Source: an uncultured Gammaproteobacteria bacterium (GTDB taxonomy: Bacteria; Patescibacteriota; Patescibacteriia; UBA9934). From it: a stretch of 64,000 nt of DNA. How positions within the stretch are numbered: position 1 is the first letter of the stretch; every line of letters starts with the position of its first letter. The stretch is from the NCBI GenBank assembly GCA_964599455.1, contig CAZREA010000004.1:1628-65627 (forward strand), written 5' to 3'. Made by a program: the position numbers and the translations under genes. This document shows positions 49,322 through 58,805 of the stretch, in pieces. Under the pieces are notes generated by a model. The model did not search any database. It was not told where the DNA came from and worked only from the letters and a program-made list of their open reading frames with translations.

Positions 49322-51019
49322 TTACTTCAGAATGCGCTTGGTTTTGAGATACCAGGCTTCGATAGGAGCGAAACGATCAGCGGGCGTGGAAAGACTGTGC
49401 AGGGGACTGGTGGTAAGGCGAGGAGGAAGGAGAAGGGCAAAAGGCGATTGGTAGAAGAAAATTGCCGGTGTTTGTGCGAGGATTTCTTGTGTTAATGCGG
49501 TATAGGCCTGCGTACGTGTTTCGGGATTTGACGAGGAGCGCAGAGCAGTGACGGCTTCATCGATCACCTTTGAAGAGAACTGCGTGATGTTCAGTCCAGA
49601 GCCGCTTGTTTGCGAGGAATGCCAAAATGGATAGGGGTCAGCAATGGCACCGTAGCGTTCGGCGGTTAACAGTACATCGAAATTGCGTTCTTTAATCAGC
49701 GACAAAAGTGTGGCGTCATCGACGGTTGAAACTTGTACCGAGATACCGAGTGCCGACCAGGTTTCTTTCATTTTTTCTGTAAGCAGTTCGTACTCGGGAA
49801 TGTGTGAACTTAAAATCGTCAGTGATAAGGTGGTGGTATTTTTTGCACGCACTCCCTGTTCATTGAGTTTCCATCCCGCTTCATCCAAAAGTGTTGCTGC
49901 TTGCACGGGATCGGCTCCAGTTAATGGGGATGACGAAAATCCGGGTAAGCCGAAGGTGATGGCCTGTGCCATGTTTTGTGTCGCGTGCGCGGTAATGGAC
50001 GATCGATCAAGTGCAAGTGCGAGAGCTTTACGCACTTCTGCTTGTGCAAGTACATCGCGCTTCGTATTGAAAAATGCACCAACGTATTGGGTTAAGCTTG
50101 GGGTTTGGAGAGTGAAATCATTTTGCGCCAATATTTTAGCGGTTGTGATGTCTAATCCCGCTGCGCTCGTGACATATTTATTTTTTACGGCTTCGGTTAA
50201 TGAAAAGATGTCGGGGAAGAACTTGACGGTAATTTCTTTCATGTATGGCACTTGATGATAGCTTTCTTGATTGGAGTACAGAGTGACGCTACGTAGTGAT
50301 CCGCGTGAATCCTTGCTCAATTTTCCAAAGGTATAAGGGCCCGAACCAATCGGCTTAATGTTGAGTGGTGCTAACTTGGCATTGCTGGGTGCGATATCCG
50401 CCCACAAATGGGAAGGCAAGATGCCTGTTGTCAACAAAGAAGGAAACGCTGCGTAAGGTTCGGTGAGGGTAAATGTAAATGTTTGGTCATCAATTGCAGC
50501 GAGAGTAACTTTGCTAAATGCATCAAAAAGTGGGCTGCCAAAAGCGGGATCTTGAATAGCTTGAAAAGTGAAGAGGACATCCTGCAAGGTTACCGGTTCA
50601 TGATCGTGCCATTTTGCATCTGCGCGCAAGGTGAGGGTGTACACCTTGCCATCTTCACTTATGCTAAAACTGGAGGCAAGATCAGGAATAAAGGTTGCTT
50701 GGTCGGGATCAAAACGTAAAAGGCCACTAAAAACAAGTGCGGTTAAATCTTGATCAACATCGTTGGAAAGGGCATACAAGGGATTGATAAGTTGGGGATA
50801 ACCCACTACACCCTCAACGAGATTGCCACCCGAACTGGGCACGGGCATGGTTATTTCTTGCAGTGCACCAATGCTAAGAAAAAAGATTCCTAATACGGTT
50901 GCTGCGAAAGCTCCACGAAAGAGTTTTTGTTCCTTTGTCGATAAAATGTTGCCGAGCATCCGCCACTGTTGCCATGAGGGTAGTGAGTGGAGGGATTTTG
51001 CAGCAGCTAATTGACGCAT
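49322..51019 (-). CDS. ABC transporter substrate-binding protein (family 5)
   Basis: LVFSGL..PDLA, WHD..VT..DV.FT, PIGSGPY, DPYPFWHSSQ. Confidence 0.9.
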   Translation of the reverse strand: MRQLAAAKSLHSLPSWQQWRMLGNILSTKEQKLFRGAFAATVLGIFFLSIGALQEITMPVPSSGGNLVEGVVGYPQLINPLYALSNDVDQDLTALVFSGLLRFDPDQATFIPDLASSFSISEDGKVYTLTLRADAKWHDHEPVTLQDVLFTFQAIQDPAFGSPLFDAFSKVTLAAIDDQTFTFTLTEPYAAFPSLLTTGILPSHLWADIAPSNAKLAPLNIKPIGSGPYTFGKLSKDSRGSLRSVTLYSNQESYHQVPYMKEITVKFFPDIFSLTEAVKNKYVTSAAGLDITTAKILAQNDFTLQTPSLTQYVGAFFNTKRDVLAQAEVRKALALALDRSSITAHATQNMAQAITFGLPGFSSSPLTGADPVQAATLLDEAGWKLNEQGVRAKNTTTLSLTILSSHIPEYELLTEKMKETWSALGISVQVSTVDDATLLSLIKERNFDVLLTAERYGAIADPYPFWHSSQTSGSGLNITQFSSKVIDEAVTALRSSSNPETRTQAYTALTQEILAQTPAIFFYQSPFALLLPPRLTTSPLHSLSTPADRFAPIEAWYLKTKRILK

Positions 51020-51113
51020 GGCGAAACGCTCACTCGAAAGGGTGGTCGAGCGTCGTGAACGAAAAAATGTGCGCAGGCGTTGAAGTATAGAGAGAATGCT
51101 TACTGCTCAAGGT

Positions 51114-51329
51114 TTACCAGGCAAAAAGCATGTTCAGCGCGCCGGCAACAAAGAAAAGGACAGCAACGACAATGGTAAAAATATGCAGACCGCGTTCGAT
51201 GCCGCGACGCGTGCGATACATGCTGCCATCGCCGCCAAAGGCAAGGCCAGCGTCACTGCCTCGAGCTTGCAATAAAATCCCTCCACATAACAAGAGTGCA
51301 AAAATGACCAAAAGAATGTCGAGAATCAT
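51114..51329 (-). CDS. secG: Preprotein translocase subunit SecG
   Basis: ILLQARGSDAGLAFGG...RTRRGIE between two TM helices. Confidence 0.88.
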   Translation of the reverse strand: MILDILLVIFALLLCGGILLQARGSDAGLAFGGDGSMYRTRRGIERGLHIFTIVVAVLFFVAGALNMLFAW

Positions 51330-51375
51330 ATCGCCGAGAGCATAGCAAGAAACCCGAAAAAAGTGAAATAAGAGA

Positions 51376-51461
51376 GGTGGGTCTAGCTGGGCTAGGACGT
51401 AGGTGGAGGCGAAGGGATGAACAGACCCTGACTCTGAGCGAAGCGAAGAGGAAGGGCCTAG
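51376..51461. repeat. REP-like family C, copy 1
   Basis: Reverse complement matches 63320-63390 (CTAGGCCCTTC..TTCGCTCAG..GGTCTGTTC..CTAGCC.A.CTAG). Confidence 0.65.
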
Positions 51462-51576
51462 AAAAATTTCTGCGTAACACAATCGTTTACGAGACCTTTC
51501 CTAACGTCAGGGTCTTTTTGCTCCTTATCTTGTTCAGCTTGTCCGCTCCTTCAGTGCTATACTGTTTATATCTGCT

Positions 51577-52344
51577 ATGGAACAGGATGCTACACCTATT
51601 GAGCGCGAAGTTTCATCCCATGAAGTGGCTCATCGCCCTTCTTGGACGAAAATTTTGGCAACGATCGTGTTGTGCGGTGTCATTGCGCTTGTGCTTTCTT
51701 TTTCTTGGAAGGTGTTTGCCTACTATCAAGAGATTAAAAATGGCACGTTAGATCCTAACCTCGGCACCTTTTCCTCAACAACCATCAGTGCTGATCGCTT
51801 ACAGCTACTTGCACAAAGTGCTCCGGGGAGCGGTATGTTGGCAACTGCAGACGATCCTTCGCTCGGGATAGCTGACGCCGCGGTCACTATCGTGGCTTTT
51901 GCAGATTTTGGTTGTCCCTATTCGCAAGAAGAAAGCTATATTTTGCGCGCAATCACCAAAGCCTTTCCTGAAGATGTGCGAGTAATCTACCGAGATTTTC
52001 CTTTAATTGAACTCCATCCAGGCGCTGACCTGGCGGCACAAGCTGCTGAGTGTGCATCTGAGCAGGGGAAATTTGGGGAGATGTATGATGAGCTGTATCG
52101 TAATCCTCCCGAGTTTACGGCGGAAGATCTTGAAGCAACGGCGCTGTCGTTGGGCTTAGATGGGAATGTATACAAAAAGTGCATGGCGTCCGGGTATTAT
52201 CAGGAGGAAGTGGCGCAAGACATTGCTGATGGTGTGGCTGCGGGCGTAACCGGTACCCCAACCTTGTTTATTAATGGAATTAAAGTTGAAGGTGCAATGC
52301 CGTATGGAGTTCTTACCCAAGTTGTTACTGCCATGGTTCCGTAA
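51577..52344 (+). CDS. DsbA-family thioredoxin-fold protein (CxxS)
   Basis: DFGCPYS, DFPL..HP.A..AA.AAECA, GVTGTPT. Confidence 0.88.
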   Translation: MEQDATPIEREVSSHEVAHRPSWTKILATIVLCGVIALVLSFSWKVFAYYQEIKNGTLDPNLGTFSSTTISADRLQLLAQSAPGSGMLATADDPSLGIADAAVTIVAFADFGCPYSQEESYILRAITKAFPEDVRVIYRDFPLIELHPGADLAAQAAECASEQGKFGEMYDELYRNPPEFTAEDLEATALSLGLDGNVYKKCMASGYYQEEVAQDIADGVAAGVTGTPTLFINGIKVEGAMPYGVLTQVVTAMVP

Positions 52345-53803
52345 AGCGGCGCTCATTGGCGTTATTTTTCTTTTTGCATTGCCAGGAAAAGCGCAGGCCG
52401 CAGATACGTGTACCTGTTTTTGTGGTAATAACGAATTGGGTGCCGTGGAGTCGGTAACCTATGACTCGGCGGCTGATTGCGCGAAGAGTTGTCGGGATGC
52501 GGGAACATTGTATGTCGGATGTTTTACGAATGAAACCTATTTTCCAGAAAATAGCGACTTGTGTTGGACTGAGATGGAATGCGAAAGTCATCCAATTGAA
52601 GTTGCCGGTAAAACGTATTATGGAAGCTGGACTTCCCAGTCTCCGTACTGTAGTAAAAAACCGATAACCGGTGCGGAGATGGGGTATTGTTATGGTCCGT
52701 TGAGACCCATTACCCTTTCGGTTCCCATTTTTGGCACAACGGAAATTGGTGATTTAGGGCAGTACGTCAATCTTCTGTACACGTATGCGATACCGATCGC
52801 TGCGCTGATCGCCGTTCTGTTGTTTATGATTGCGGGGTTTCAATACATGACCGCAGGTGGTGATAAGAAAGGGGTGACGCAGGCAAAAGAGCGCATGAAA
52901 AATACGGTCATTGGTCTCATCTTACTTTTATCAGTTTACGCCATCGCTAATTTCCTCGATCCTCGCTTGGTACGGTTTACCTCTCTGCGCCCACCATTGA
53001 TTAAAGAAGCGGTGCTTATTGATGCGCAAACAACCTGCGAAGCCATGCAGGAGTATGGATATACCATTCAACCTACCTCGGGTTCTTGTGGTAATAAGGG
53101 AACAATTGTCGATGATGATGGCGTGCAGGGGAATATTGCCAATCCACCCGATATGGGAGACACCTGTACATTTAGTGCATGTTCGGAAAGCGGGAAAGCC
53201 TGTGCATTGAATTCGGATGGAAGCGGTGGCGTTTGTGTGGCGTGTAATCAAATCTCCTCTAACTCGGTTACGGTTTCTGTCACGCCATCTACCGCGACAT
53301 GCAAGGGTATCGCAAAGACTGCTGATACTAATGATCGTAATGATCTGCACGTCTACTCTTGTTACTATGATGATGATTTGTTAGGAAGTGACGAGTGTGT
53401 ACAGCTCTATACTTCCGGTGAAAATTATATAAATTGCGCCGAACTGTATGGGTATATGGAAACAACGGCGTGGGGTGAAGATGGGTGTGATGCCTATGAA
53501 AAATTGAACGCAGATTCGTATGGCCTAAACACCGACGGAACACTGTCGGCGATGTTTATGGCGGGCAGCGCCGATGAGATTGGTGATTTTGAAGAAGTAT
53601 TCCAGAGACTATGCGAGGATGATCCGTGCAAAATGGCGGAAAAAAGTGGGCAGAACAGTTGTGTGTTTCAAGTGACTGACAGTTTAACGAATAGTGCATT
53701 ATCTTCGCTTCCCGGCGTTACGGGAATGTTTGCCTCTTATGTCATTGATCAGAATTTAAACTGTATCGGACAAAAGACACTTGATGCATCAGGATCTGAG
53801 TAA
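52304..53803 (+). CDS. Cys-rich protein with T4SS/TrbC-like pilin domain
   Basis: IAGFQYMTAGG...AKERMKNTVIGLILL pilin motif; ~26 Cys; start uncertain. Confidence 0.8.
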   Translation: MEFLPKLLLPWFRKAALIGVIFLFALPGKAQAADTCTCFCGNNELGAVESVTYDSAADCAKSCRDAGTLYVGCFTNETYFPENSDLCWTEMECESHPIEVAGKTYYGSWTSQSPYCSKKPITGAEMGYCYGPLRPITLSVPIFGTTEIGDLGQYVNLLYTYAIPIAALIAVLLFMIAGFQYMTAGGDKKGVTQAKERMKNTVIGLILLLSVYAIANFLDPRLVRFTSLRPPLIKEAVLIDAQTTCEAMQEYGYTIQPTSGSCGNKGTIVDDDGVQGNIANPPDMGDTCTFSACSESGKACALNSDGSGGVCVACNQISSNSVTVSVTPSTATCKGIAKTADTNDRNDLHVYSCYYDDDLLGSDECVQLYTSGENYINCAELYGYMETTAWGEDGCDAYEKLNADSYGLNTDGTLSAMFMAGSADEIGDFEEVFQRLCEDDPCKMAEKSGQNSCVFQVTDSLTNSALSSLPGVTGMFASYVIDQNLNCIGQKTLDASGSE

Positions 53804-53838
53804 ACAAAAAAATCCGACCTGTATGGCCGGATTTTTTA

Positions 53839-54189
53839 TTACTTCTTTTTGATGATTACTTCTTTTAATTTGCGAGCGAAGTCTTTCACGAAGGTAAGTT
53901 TGGCGCGACGGACACGATAGGTTTTGACGAGTTCGATCTTATCGATAGAAGGAGAATGAACCGGGAAGATTTTTTCTACGCCAAATCCATCAGTTTCTTT
54001 GCGGATGGTAAAGGTGCGCGAAGTGCCTGCACCACGAACGGCAAGAACCAAGCCTTCAAATACCTGAATGCGTTCACGTTTTTCACCCTTGGCGCTAATG
54101 TCTTGCACCTTTTCGTGAATGCGCAACATTTGACCAGAAGTGATATCAGCGGGGGTGATAACCGCGTATTCTTTGTTGTTTTGTGCCAT
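53839..54189 (-). CDS. rplS: 50S ribosomal protein L19
   Basis: RIQVFEGLV, FTIRK..GVEKIFP.HSP, VRRAKL. Confidence 0.95.
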   Translation of the reverse strand: MAQNNKEYAVITPADITSGQMLRIHEKVQDISAKGEKRERIQVFEGLVLAVRGAGTSRTFTIRKETDGFGVEKIFPVHSPSIDKIELVKTYRVRRAKLTFVKDFARKLKEVIIKKK

Positions 54190-54248
54190 AGAAGAGAGGG
54201 GAATTGCCCAAAAGAATGGGCGAATAGTAGCCAAATTGCCTATCGGCG

Positions 54249-54806
54249 TCAAGCTTCGACGGGGATATGGGCTAAAATTTGCTCAAGAACTTCCTTTGGA
54301 GTCAGTGAGGTAGTGTCGATAACCAGGTCGTAATGGGTGATATCAAGGAAATCGACGCCGTACCATTGTTGGAGTCGTTTTTGGTTTTGGGCGACGCGTG
54401 CGGCGATGGCCTGAGCCGCATCTTCGACTGATGCATAGAGTCGTTCATCTTGTCGGGATTTTCCTTCAGATTGCTGCTCGGTAAAGATTCGCCGTGCTCC
54501 TTCGAACGGATCGATCGTTAAGAATACTTTAAAACTCTGAGGAATAAAATGCCATGACATCCAGCCGTCGATGATAAAGTTGTCTTCTTTTTCTCCTAAC
54601 TCTTTCTGGAATACATCGACAAGTTGGTCGCTGGTAGGATCGTACATTCCCTGGGCATTCAGTTCATCAATGGTCATGCCGTGCTCCAGGGCATATTTTC
54701 CGCGCAGGTCTCCCATGCCATAGGATTTCCATCCTACTGTTTCGGCTAGGAGTTTTTTGATCGTACTTTTGCCAGCACCTGCCAATCCACCCAGACTGAT
54801 AATCAT
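54249..54806 (-). CDS. cmk: Cytidylate kinase (archaeal type)
   Basis: GLAGAGKST P-loop, GDLR, YDLVIDT. Confidence 0.82.
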   Translation of the reverse strand: MIISLGGLAGAGKSTIKKLLAETVGWKSYGMGDLRGKYALEHGMTIDELNAQGMYDPTSDQLVDVFQKELGEKEDNFIIDGWMSWHFIPQSFKVFLTIDPFEGARRIFTEQQSEGKSRQDERLYASVEDAAQAIAARVAQNQKRLQQWYGVDFLDITHYDLVIDTTSLTPKEVLEQILAHIPVEA

Positions 54807-55726
54807 ACGGTAGGATAAGGTTTGAGTTGGGAAAGTACCGCTTGCAGTTCGGTGGGAAGCGGAGCGGTAAAGGCGGTGCGTTCACCAGAAGGAAGCGTAA
54901 GCGTGAGTGATGAGGCGTGCAGAAAAAGTCGTCCGAGTGGCATCGACTTTTTGTTGCGGTGCACGTACAGTGTGTCTCCGGCAACGGGATGACCGATGGC
55001 GAACATATGGGCACGAATTTGGTGTGTGCGCCCGGTTTCAATGCGGATTGTAAGAAGAGTAGAACTCGAGTAGCAGGTGGTGCGTTTGTAGTGGGTGATC
55101 GCTTCTTTTCCTTCTTGCGAAAGAGGTCGTGCGGCCATGCGTCCGCGCGTTGTTGAGCGAGCGATAGGGAAAGTGATCGTGCCGTGCTCGTCTTGTACAT
55201 GACCAAGAACCAGGACGGTATAGATCTTTTCTGTTTCTCGATTTTTAAACTGCTCTTTCAAGAATGCGTGAGTTTGTTCATTTTTTGCCAACACCACAAC
55301 ACCTGAGGCGTCTTTGTCGAGACGATGGACAACGCCCGATCGCAACGGATTGCCGCCTACCCCAGCCATGGATGGAATATGTGCCACGGCCGCATCCATA
55401 AGCGTCGTTGGTTGTTCTTTTGCTGCGCCTGTTGGATGCGTGAGTATTCCGGCGGGTTTATTGACGACCAAAACATGCTCGTCTTCAAAAAGAATATCCA
55501 ATGTCAGAGGAGTGTGAGGTGTTGAACTTACCGCAGAAGAAGATTCCTCTATGGTAATGACGTCGCTTGGCAAAATCATGGTATGAGCAGATACCAAGGC
55601 ATCATTAACCAAAATACGCCCTTCTTTGATGAGTTTTTGGGCTTGGTTGCGACTGATTGCCATCTTTTCTGCCAAGGCTACATCGAGTCGTTTGGCAAGA
55701 GTATCATGAGAAGGAATGTCAGACAT
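54803..55726 (-). CDS. RluA/RluD-family pseudouridine synthase
   Basis: S4 domain, VNKPAG, VHRLDKDASG, TGRTHQIRAH. Confidence 0.93.
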   Translation of the reverse strand: MSDIPSHDTLAKRLDVALAEKMAISRNQAQKLIKEGRILVNDALVSAHTMILPSDVITIEESSSAVSSTPHTPLTLDILFEDEHVLVVNKPAGILTHPTGAAKEQPTTLMDAAVAHIPSMAGVGGNPLRSGVVHRLDKDASGVVVLAKNEQTHAFLKEQFKNRETEKIYTVLVLGHVQDEHGTITFPIARSTTRGRMAARPLSQEGKEAITHYKRTTCYSSSTLLTIRIETGRTHQIRAHMFAIGHPVAGDTLYVHRNKKSMPLGRLFLHASSLTLTLPSGERTAFTAPLPTELQAVLSQLKPYPTV

Positions 55727-55788
55727 GGCCAGAGTATGGCAGAAAATGTTCATTTGGGCTACAGTAAAGGGCGTTTAGAAATGCGCGA

Positions 55789-55916
55789 CGACGGCTGACT
55801 AAGTTTGTCAGATGCTAGGAGGCAATACGACGCAGGTCGAGACGTACTACAGCCGTACGTTGAAACCGAGTTCAGTATTGCCGACACCGCAGCTGGCAAA
55901 CTTGGGTCGGCTGTCG
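55789..55916. repeat. Palindromic element family B, copy 2
   Basis: Core CTAGGAGGC..ACGACGCAGG.CGAGACGTACT..CGTACGTTGA..CCGAGT..CCGACA; 4 nt upstream of tRNA-Ile. Confidence 0.85.
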
Positions 55917-55920
55917 GTAC

Positions 55921-55997
55921 GGGCCTGTAGCTCAGTTGGTTAGAGCTCCGAGCTTATACCTCGGTGGTCCCTGGTTCGAATCCAGGCAGGCCTACCA
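55921..55997 (+). tRNA. tRNA-Ile(UAU)
   Basis: Anticodon arm CCGAG-CTTATAC-CTCGG; GGTTCGAATCC; encoded CCA. Confidence 0.92.
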
Positions 55998-56000
55998 TTG

Positions 56001-56179
56001 AAAGCCTTTTTATTCGGGCTATTTTCTGCCTTCATCACTGCGGTCAACTCACCGTACAGAAGAAGTACGGCTTTCTCCTTCGCTAAAGCTTCGGGGGAAT
56101 GACCCCGTAGCTTACAGCGGAGGGTCATCGTTGATCCTCGTTCTTCAGGACAGGAATTATCTCCAAATAAAAAGGTTTT
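56001..56179. repeat. Palindromic element family A, copy 3 with ~55-nt nested insert
   Basis: Family A core plus insert at 56073-56127. Confidence 0.82.
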
Positions 56180-56200
56180 TTGCAGAACACTCCTTATTCT

Positions 56201-56362
56201 ATGTTTTTCCTCCCCATTCTGTGTTTAGCTCTTGCCGGTTTTTTAGCCTGGTTTGGCCATCATGAACAAAATACCGTGTTCTATATTTTGGCGTTTACGT
56301 TATTAGTAGCGGCGTTAGGGACTGCGCTTTTGAGTTATTTTGCGCTCTCTATTATCAACTAG
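56201..56362 (+). CDS. Small 2-TM membrane protein
   Basis: Two hydrophobic helices; abuts next gene. Confidence 0.55.
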   Translation: MFFLPILCLALAGFLAWFGHHEQNTVFYILAFTLLVAALGTALLSYFALSIIN

Positions 56363-56365
56363 ACT

Positions 56366-56740
56366 ATGCCGCTTGATATCCTTTCACCTTCATCGTTTAT
56401 TTTTGCTCTGGCATTGTTGTGGTTTCTTTTCTTTTGGATTGGTGGCGGTGTCTTTTTTGCCATCCTGTCACTTTCACGTTTCATGCACGTGCATAGAGCA
56501 CGCTTTAGTTGTGTATTTACGTTATTGAGCGCGGTTGCCGCATATGGATCAGCATGGCTTGGTGTGCGGAGATTGCTTTTGCAGCCTGTGTGTATAGAAC
56601 AAGCGAAACAGCTGCGTGATATCTTTTCTGTGATGTTTTCCTGTGGAGCGTGGGAGATTTTTTCGGCGGCAGGAATATGCTTTTTGCTGTTGATGGTGTT
56701 AGGAGCGGTGGTGATGTTTTCGTCGAGAGGGAAGAGATAG
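56366..56740 (+). CDS. 3-TM membrane protein
   Basis: Hydrophobic ORF with Cys pair in a loop. Confidence 0.65.
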   Translation: MPLDILSPSSFIFALALLWFLFFWIGGGVFFAILSLSRFMHVHRARFSCVFTLLSAVAAYGSAWLGVRRLLLQPVCIEQAKQLRDIFSVMFSCGAWEIFSAAGICFLLLMVLGAVVMFSSRGKR

Positions 56741-56769
56741 CAAAAACTCCTCATAATGAGGAGTTTTTG

Positions 56770-56846
56770 TGGTGGGCGGTACAAGATTCGAACTTGTGAC
56801 CTTCACAATGTCAATGTGACGCTCTAACCAACTGAGCTAACCGCCC
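56770..56846 (-). tRNA. tRNA-Val(GAC)
   Basis: Anticodon arm TCACA-TTGACAT-TGTGA; encoded CCA. Confidence 0.95.
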
Positions 56847-56902
56847 TTTGACTACTGACAAAGCGGAATAACTATAGGGATATTTATCAAATACGTCAAC
56901 GT

Positions 56903-58204
56903 TTATTCTCTTTGCAAAACGAGTCGATGGGCAAATTGCAATGCATCCTCATGGGATGAAAGCGCGCCTTTTAGTTGTTCATTACGCACATGCTGTAAAA
57001 GCAGACGCAAGGCTGGTCCTGGGGCAATGCCAAGAGGGAGGAGATCGCGTCCACGTAACAGTTTCGGCATCAGCGCCTGTTTCGGCAGACGATCACGAAC
57101 AATGGCTGCACGTTCGATATTGCGTAGCAATTGTCGTTGCGGCGAGATGAGGGATGTTGCGTAGGTCAGGGCCAGTGCTTGTGCACCGATATCGCCACCT
57201 ACGATTTTTTCTGCCTGGGCAAGCGACCACAGATCAGGATTTTCTTCACTTATGCGTCGAGTTTTTTGCAATATGTCTTGCGTTGCCTGTTCATCAAACG
57301 ACAAATAAGGATGCGATGCTCCGGCCGCATGAAAACGACGCGCATGGGTTTGGAACGCTCCTTCTCCTTCAGGATGCGCGGCAAAAAGTCCGGCAGCAGT
57401 AAGCGATGCACTCAACGGCGCGTTGGCATAGCGTTGGCGAATGTAGTCATCATGCAGTGCGGAAAGAATTTGTTCTTCTGGATGACCATTTTGCACGTGC
57501 GGCAAAAGTACCGGAAGTAACCCTGCCTCATCAAAAAGTTTCCAGGCATTTTTTGGGTGATGATGGAGTGCGAGAAGTTTTTCAGTAAAAAGCTGATGCC
57601 GCGGTACCTTGTAGACGGCGGTTCCATGCTCTTCATGTGTCACTCGCGCATGAAGATGTTTGGCGTAGGTTTGTATCGCTGTCCACGTTTCCGAATCAAT
57701 AGTGAGATGAAACTGTATACTTAATCGTATTGCACGCAGTAATTGCAAGGGGCGCAAACGAAATTGCGTTGCGGGAGATTCTATGGTGCGGAGCGTTCCT
57801 TTTTGCAAGGCAGAGATGCCATCAAAAGGATCGTGTAACTGGCCGTTACGTACCGAATAGCCCATGGCATTCATGGTGAAGTCAGCTTTTGTCAGTGCAT
57901 CATGCAAGGGATCGGGAATAGAAGATTCTTTTAAAGCAAGAAGCGTAATTTCGAACATCGTGGGAGCAGGATGTTGTGCGAGCCACGCATTTGTACGAAG
58001 AACATTCGGCGTCAGAATAAAAACGTGCACATGTGCGGGCAATCGACCTAAGAGTGCATCACGCACAGTTCCGCCAAATAAAACGATATCCGATGCGGGA
58101 AACGCCTGGAGATAGCGAAACATCCAGGAGCACGCAGGCGTATCGGCAACAAATGCGCCAACGCGTTGTGCAGGAGGAAAAGGTGATCGCCAAGCAAGGG
58201 ACAT
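56903..58204 (-). CDS. CCA-adding enzyme/poly(A) polymerase homologue, degenerate active site
   Basis: GGTVRDALLG, DFTMNAM, DPFDG, LRAIRL, LRGRDL..GIAPGP; DxD replaced by HVH. Confidence 0.8.
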   Translation of the reverse strand: MSLAWRSPFPPAQRVGAFVADTPACSWMFRYLQAFPASDIVLFGGTVRDALLGRLPAHVHVFILTPNVLRTNAWLAQHPAPTMFEITLLALKESSIPDPLHDALTKADFTMNAMGYSVRNGQLHDPFDGISALQKGTLRTIESPATQFRLRPLQLLRAIRLSIQFHLTIDSETWTAIQTYAKHLHARVTHEEHGTAVYKVPRHQLFTEKLLALHHHPKNAWKLFDEAGLLPVLLPHVQNGHPEEQILSALHDDYIRQRYANAPLSASLTAAGLFAAHPEGEGAFQTHARRFHAAGASHPYLSFDEQATQDILQKTRRISEENPDLWSLAQAEKIVGGDIGAQALALTYATSLISPQRQLLRNIERAAIVRDRLPKQALMPKLLRGRDLLPLGIAPGPALRLLLQHVRNEQLKGALSSHEDALQFAHRLVLQRE

Positions 58205-58316
58205 GACAAGATTATAGCAGAACCATCCTTTTATTGACGTTTGCTCGATAGTTTGTTGAACTATCCCCTCGGACTTCCTCGAGCCTTTCGGTGTTGGCCA
58301 ACCGAACGGAGGCGCC

Positions 58317-58805
58317 ATGCGCACCCTTACTCTCATCGCGTTCTTCCTCCTTGCCTCCCGCGCATTTGCGCAGGAGTCCACTTTGCCCGCTCCAACCAGC
58401 GTCGTCATCATGGCGCAAGAGTCGAATGATCGTGTGCGGAATGCGGTGGTGTCGAATGCCATCGTCGTCAACTGGACCACCTCGCCGCCCACGATCTCGA
58501 TCTTCGTCGAGTCCGTGGACACCGGGAGACACATCCAGACGCTCAGCCTGTCCGGCGAACGCAACGGCGCGTTCTGGATCTTCCGCGTCCCCGTCCAAGC
58601 CAGCGTGTCCTCCCCGTTCGTCGAGGTCATCCTCGGGTCCGGGAACGTGTTCGCGGTGACCATCGACGAGGCGGGCGAACGTCAGTTGGTCGCCGTCAAC
58701 CAGGTAGCCGAGGTCTACTTCCCGTTCAACGCGAACGGGGATGAGTACTGCGTTTCCCTGAGCAAGCCGATCGCCTGCATGGGGAGCAATTGCCCGCCGA
58801 TCTGA
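58317..58805 (+). CDS. Hypothetical secreted protein
   Basis: GGAGG SD; signal peptide AFA-Q; terminator at ~58829-58880. Confidence 0.7.
   Translation: MRTLTLIAFFLLASRAFAQESTLPAPTSVVIMAQESNDRVRNAVVSNAIVVNWTTSPPTISIFVESVDTGRHIQTLSLSGERNGAFWIFRVPVQASVSSPFVEVILGSGNVFAVTIDEAGERQLVAVNQVAEVYFPFNANGDEYCVSLSKPIACMGSNCPPI

Noticed and set aside
58205-58663. N-terminal extension of the 586-aa ORF 56903-58663
   Set aside because: Overlaps the + strand gene 58317-58805, which has an SD and signal peptide; CCA-like similarity starts after ATG 58204
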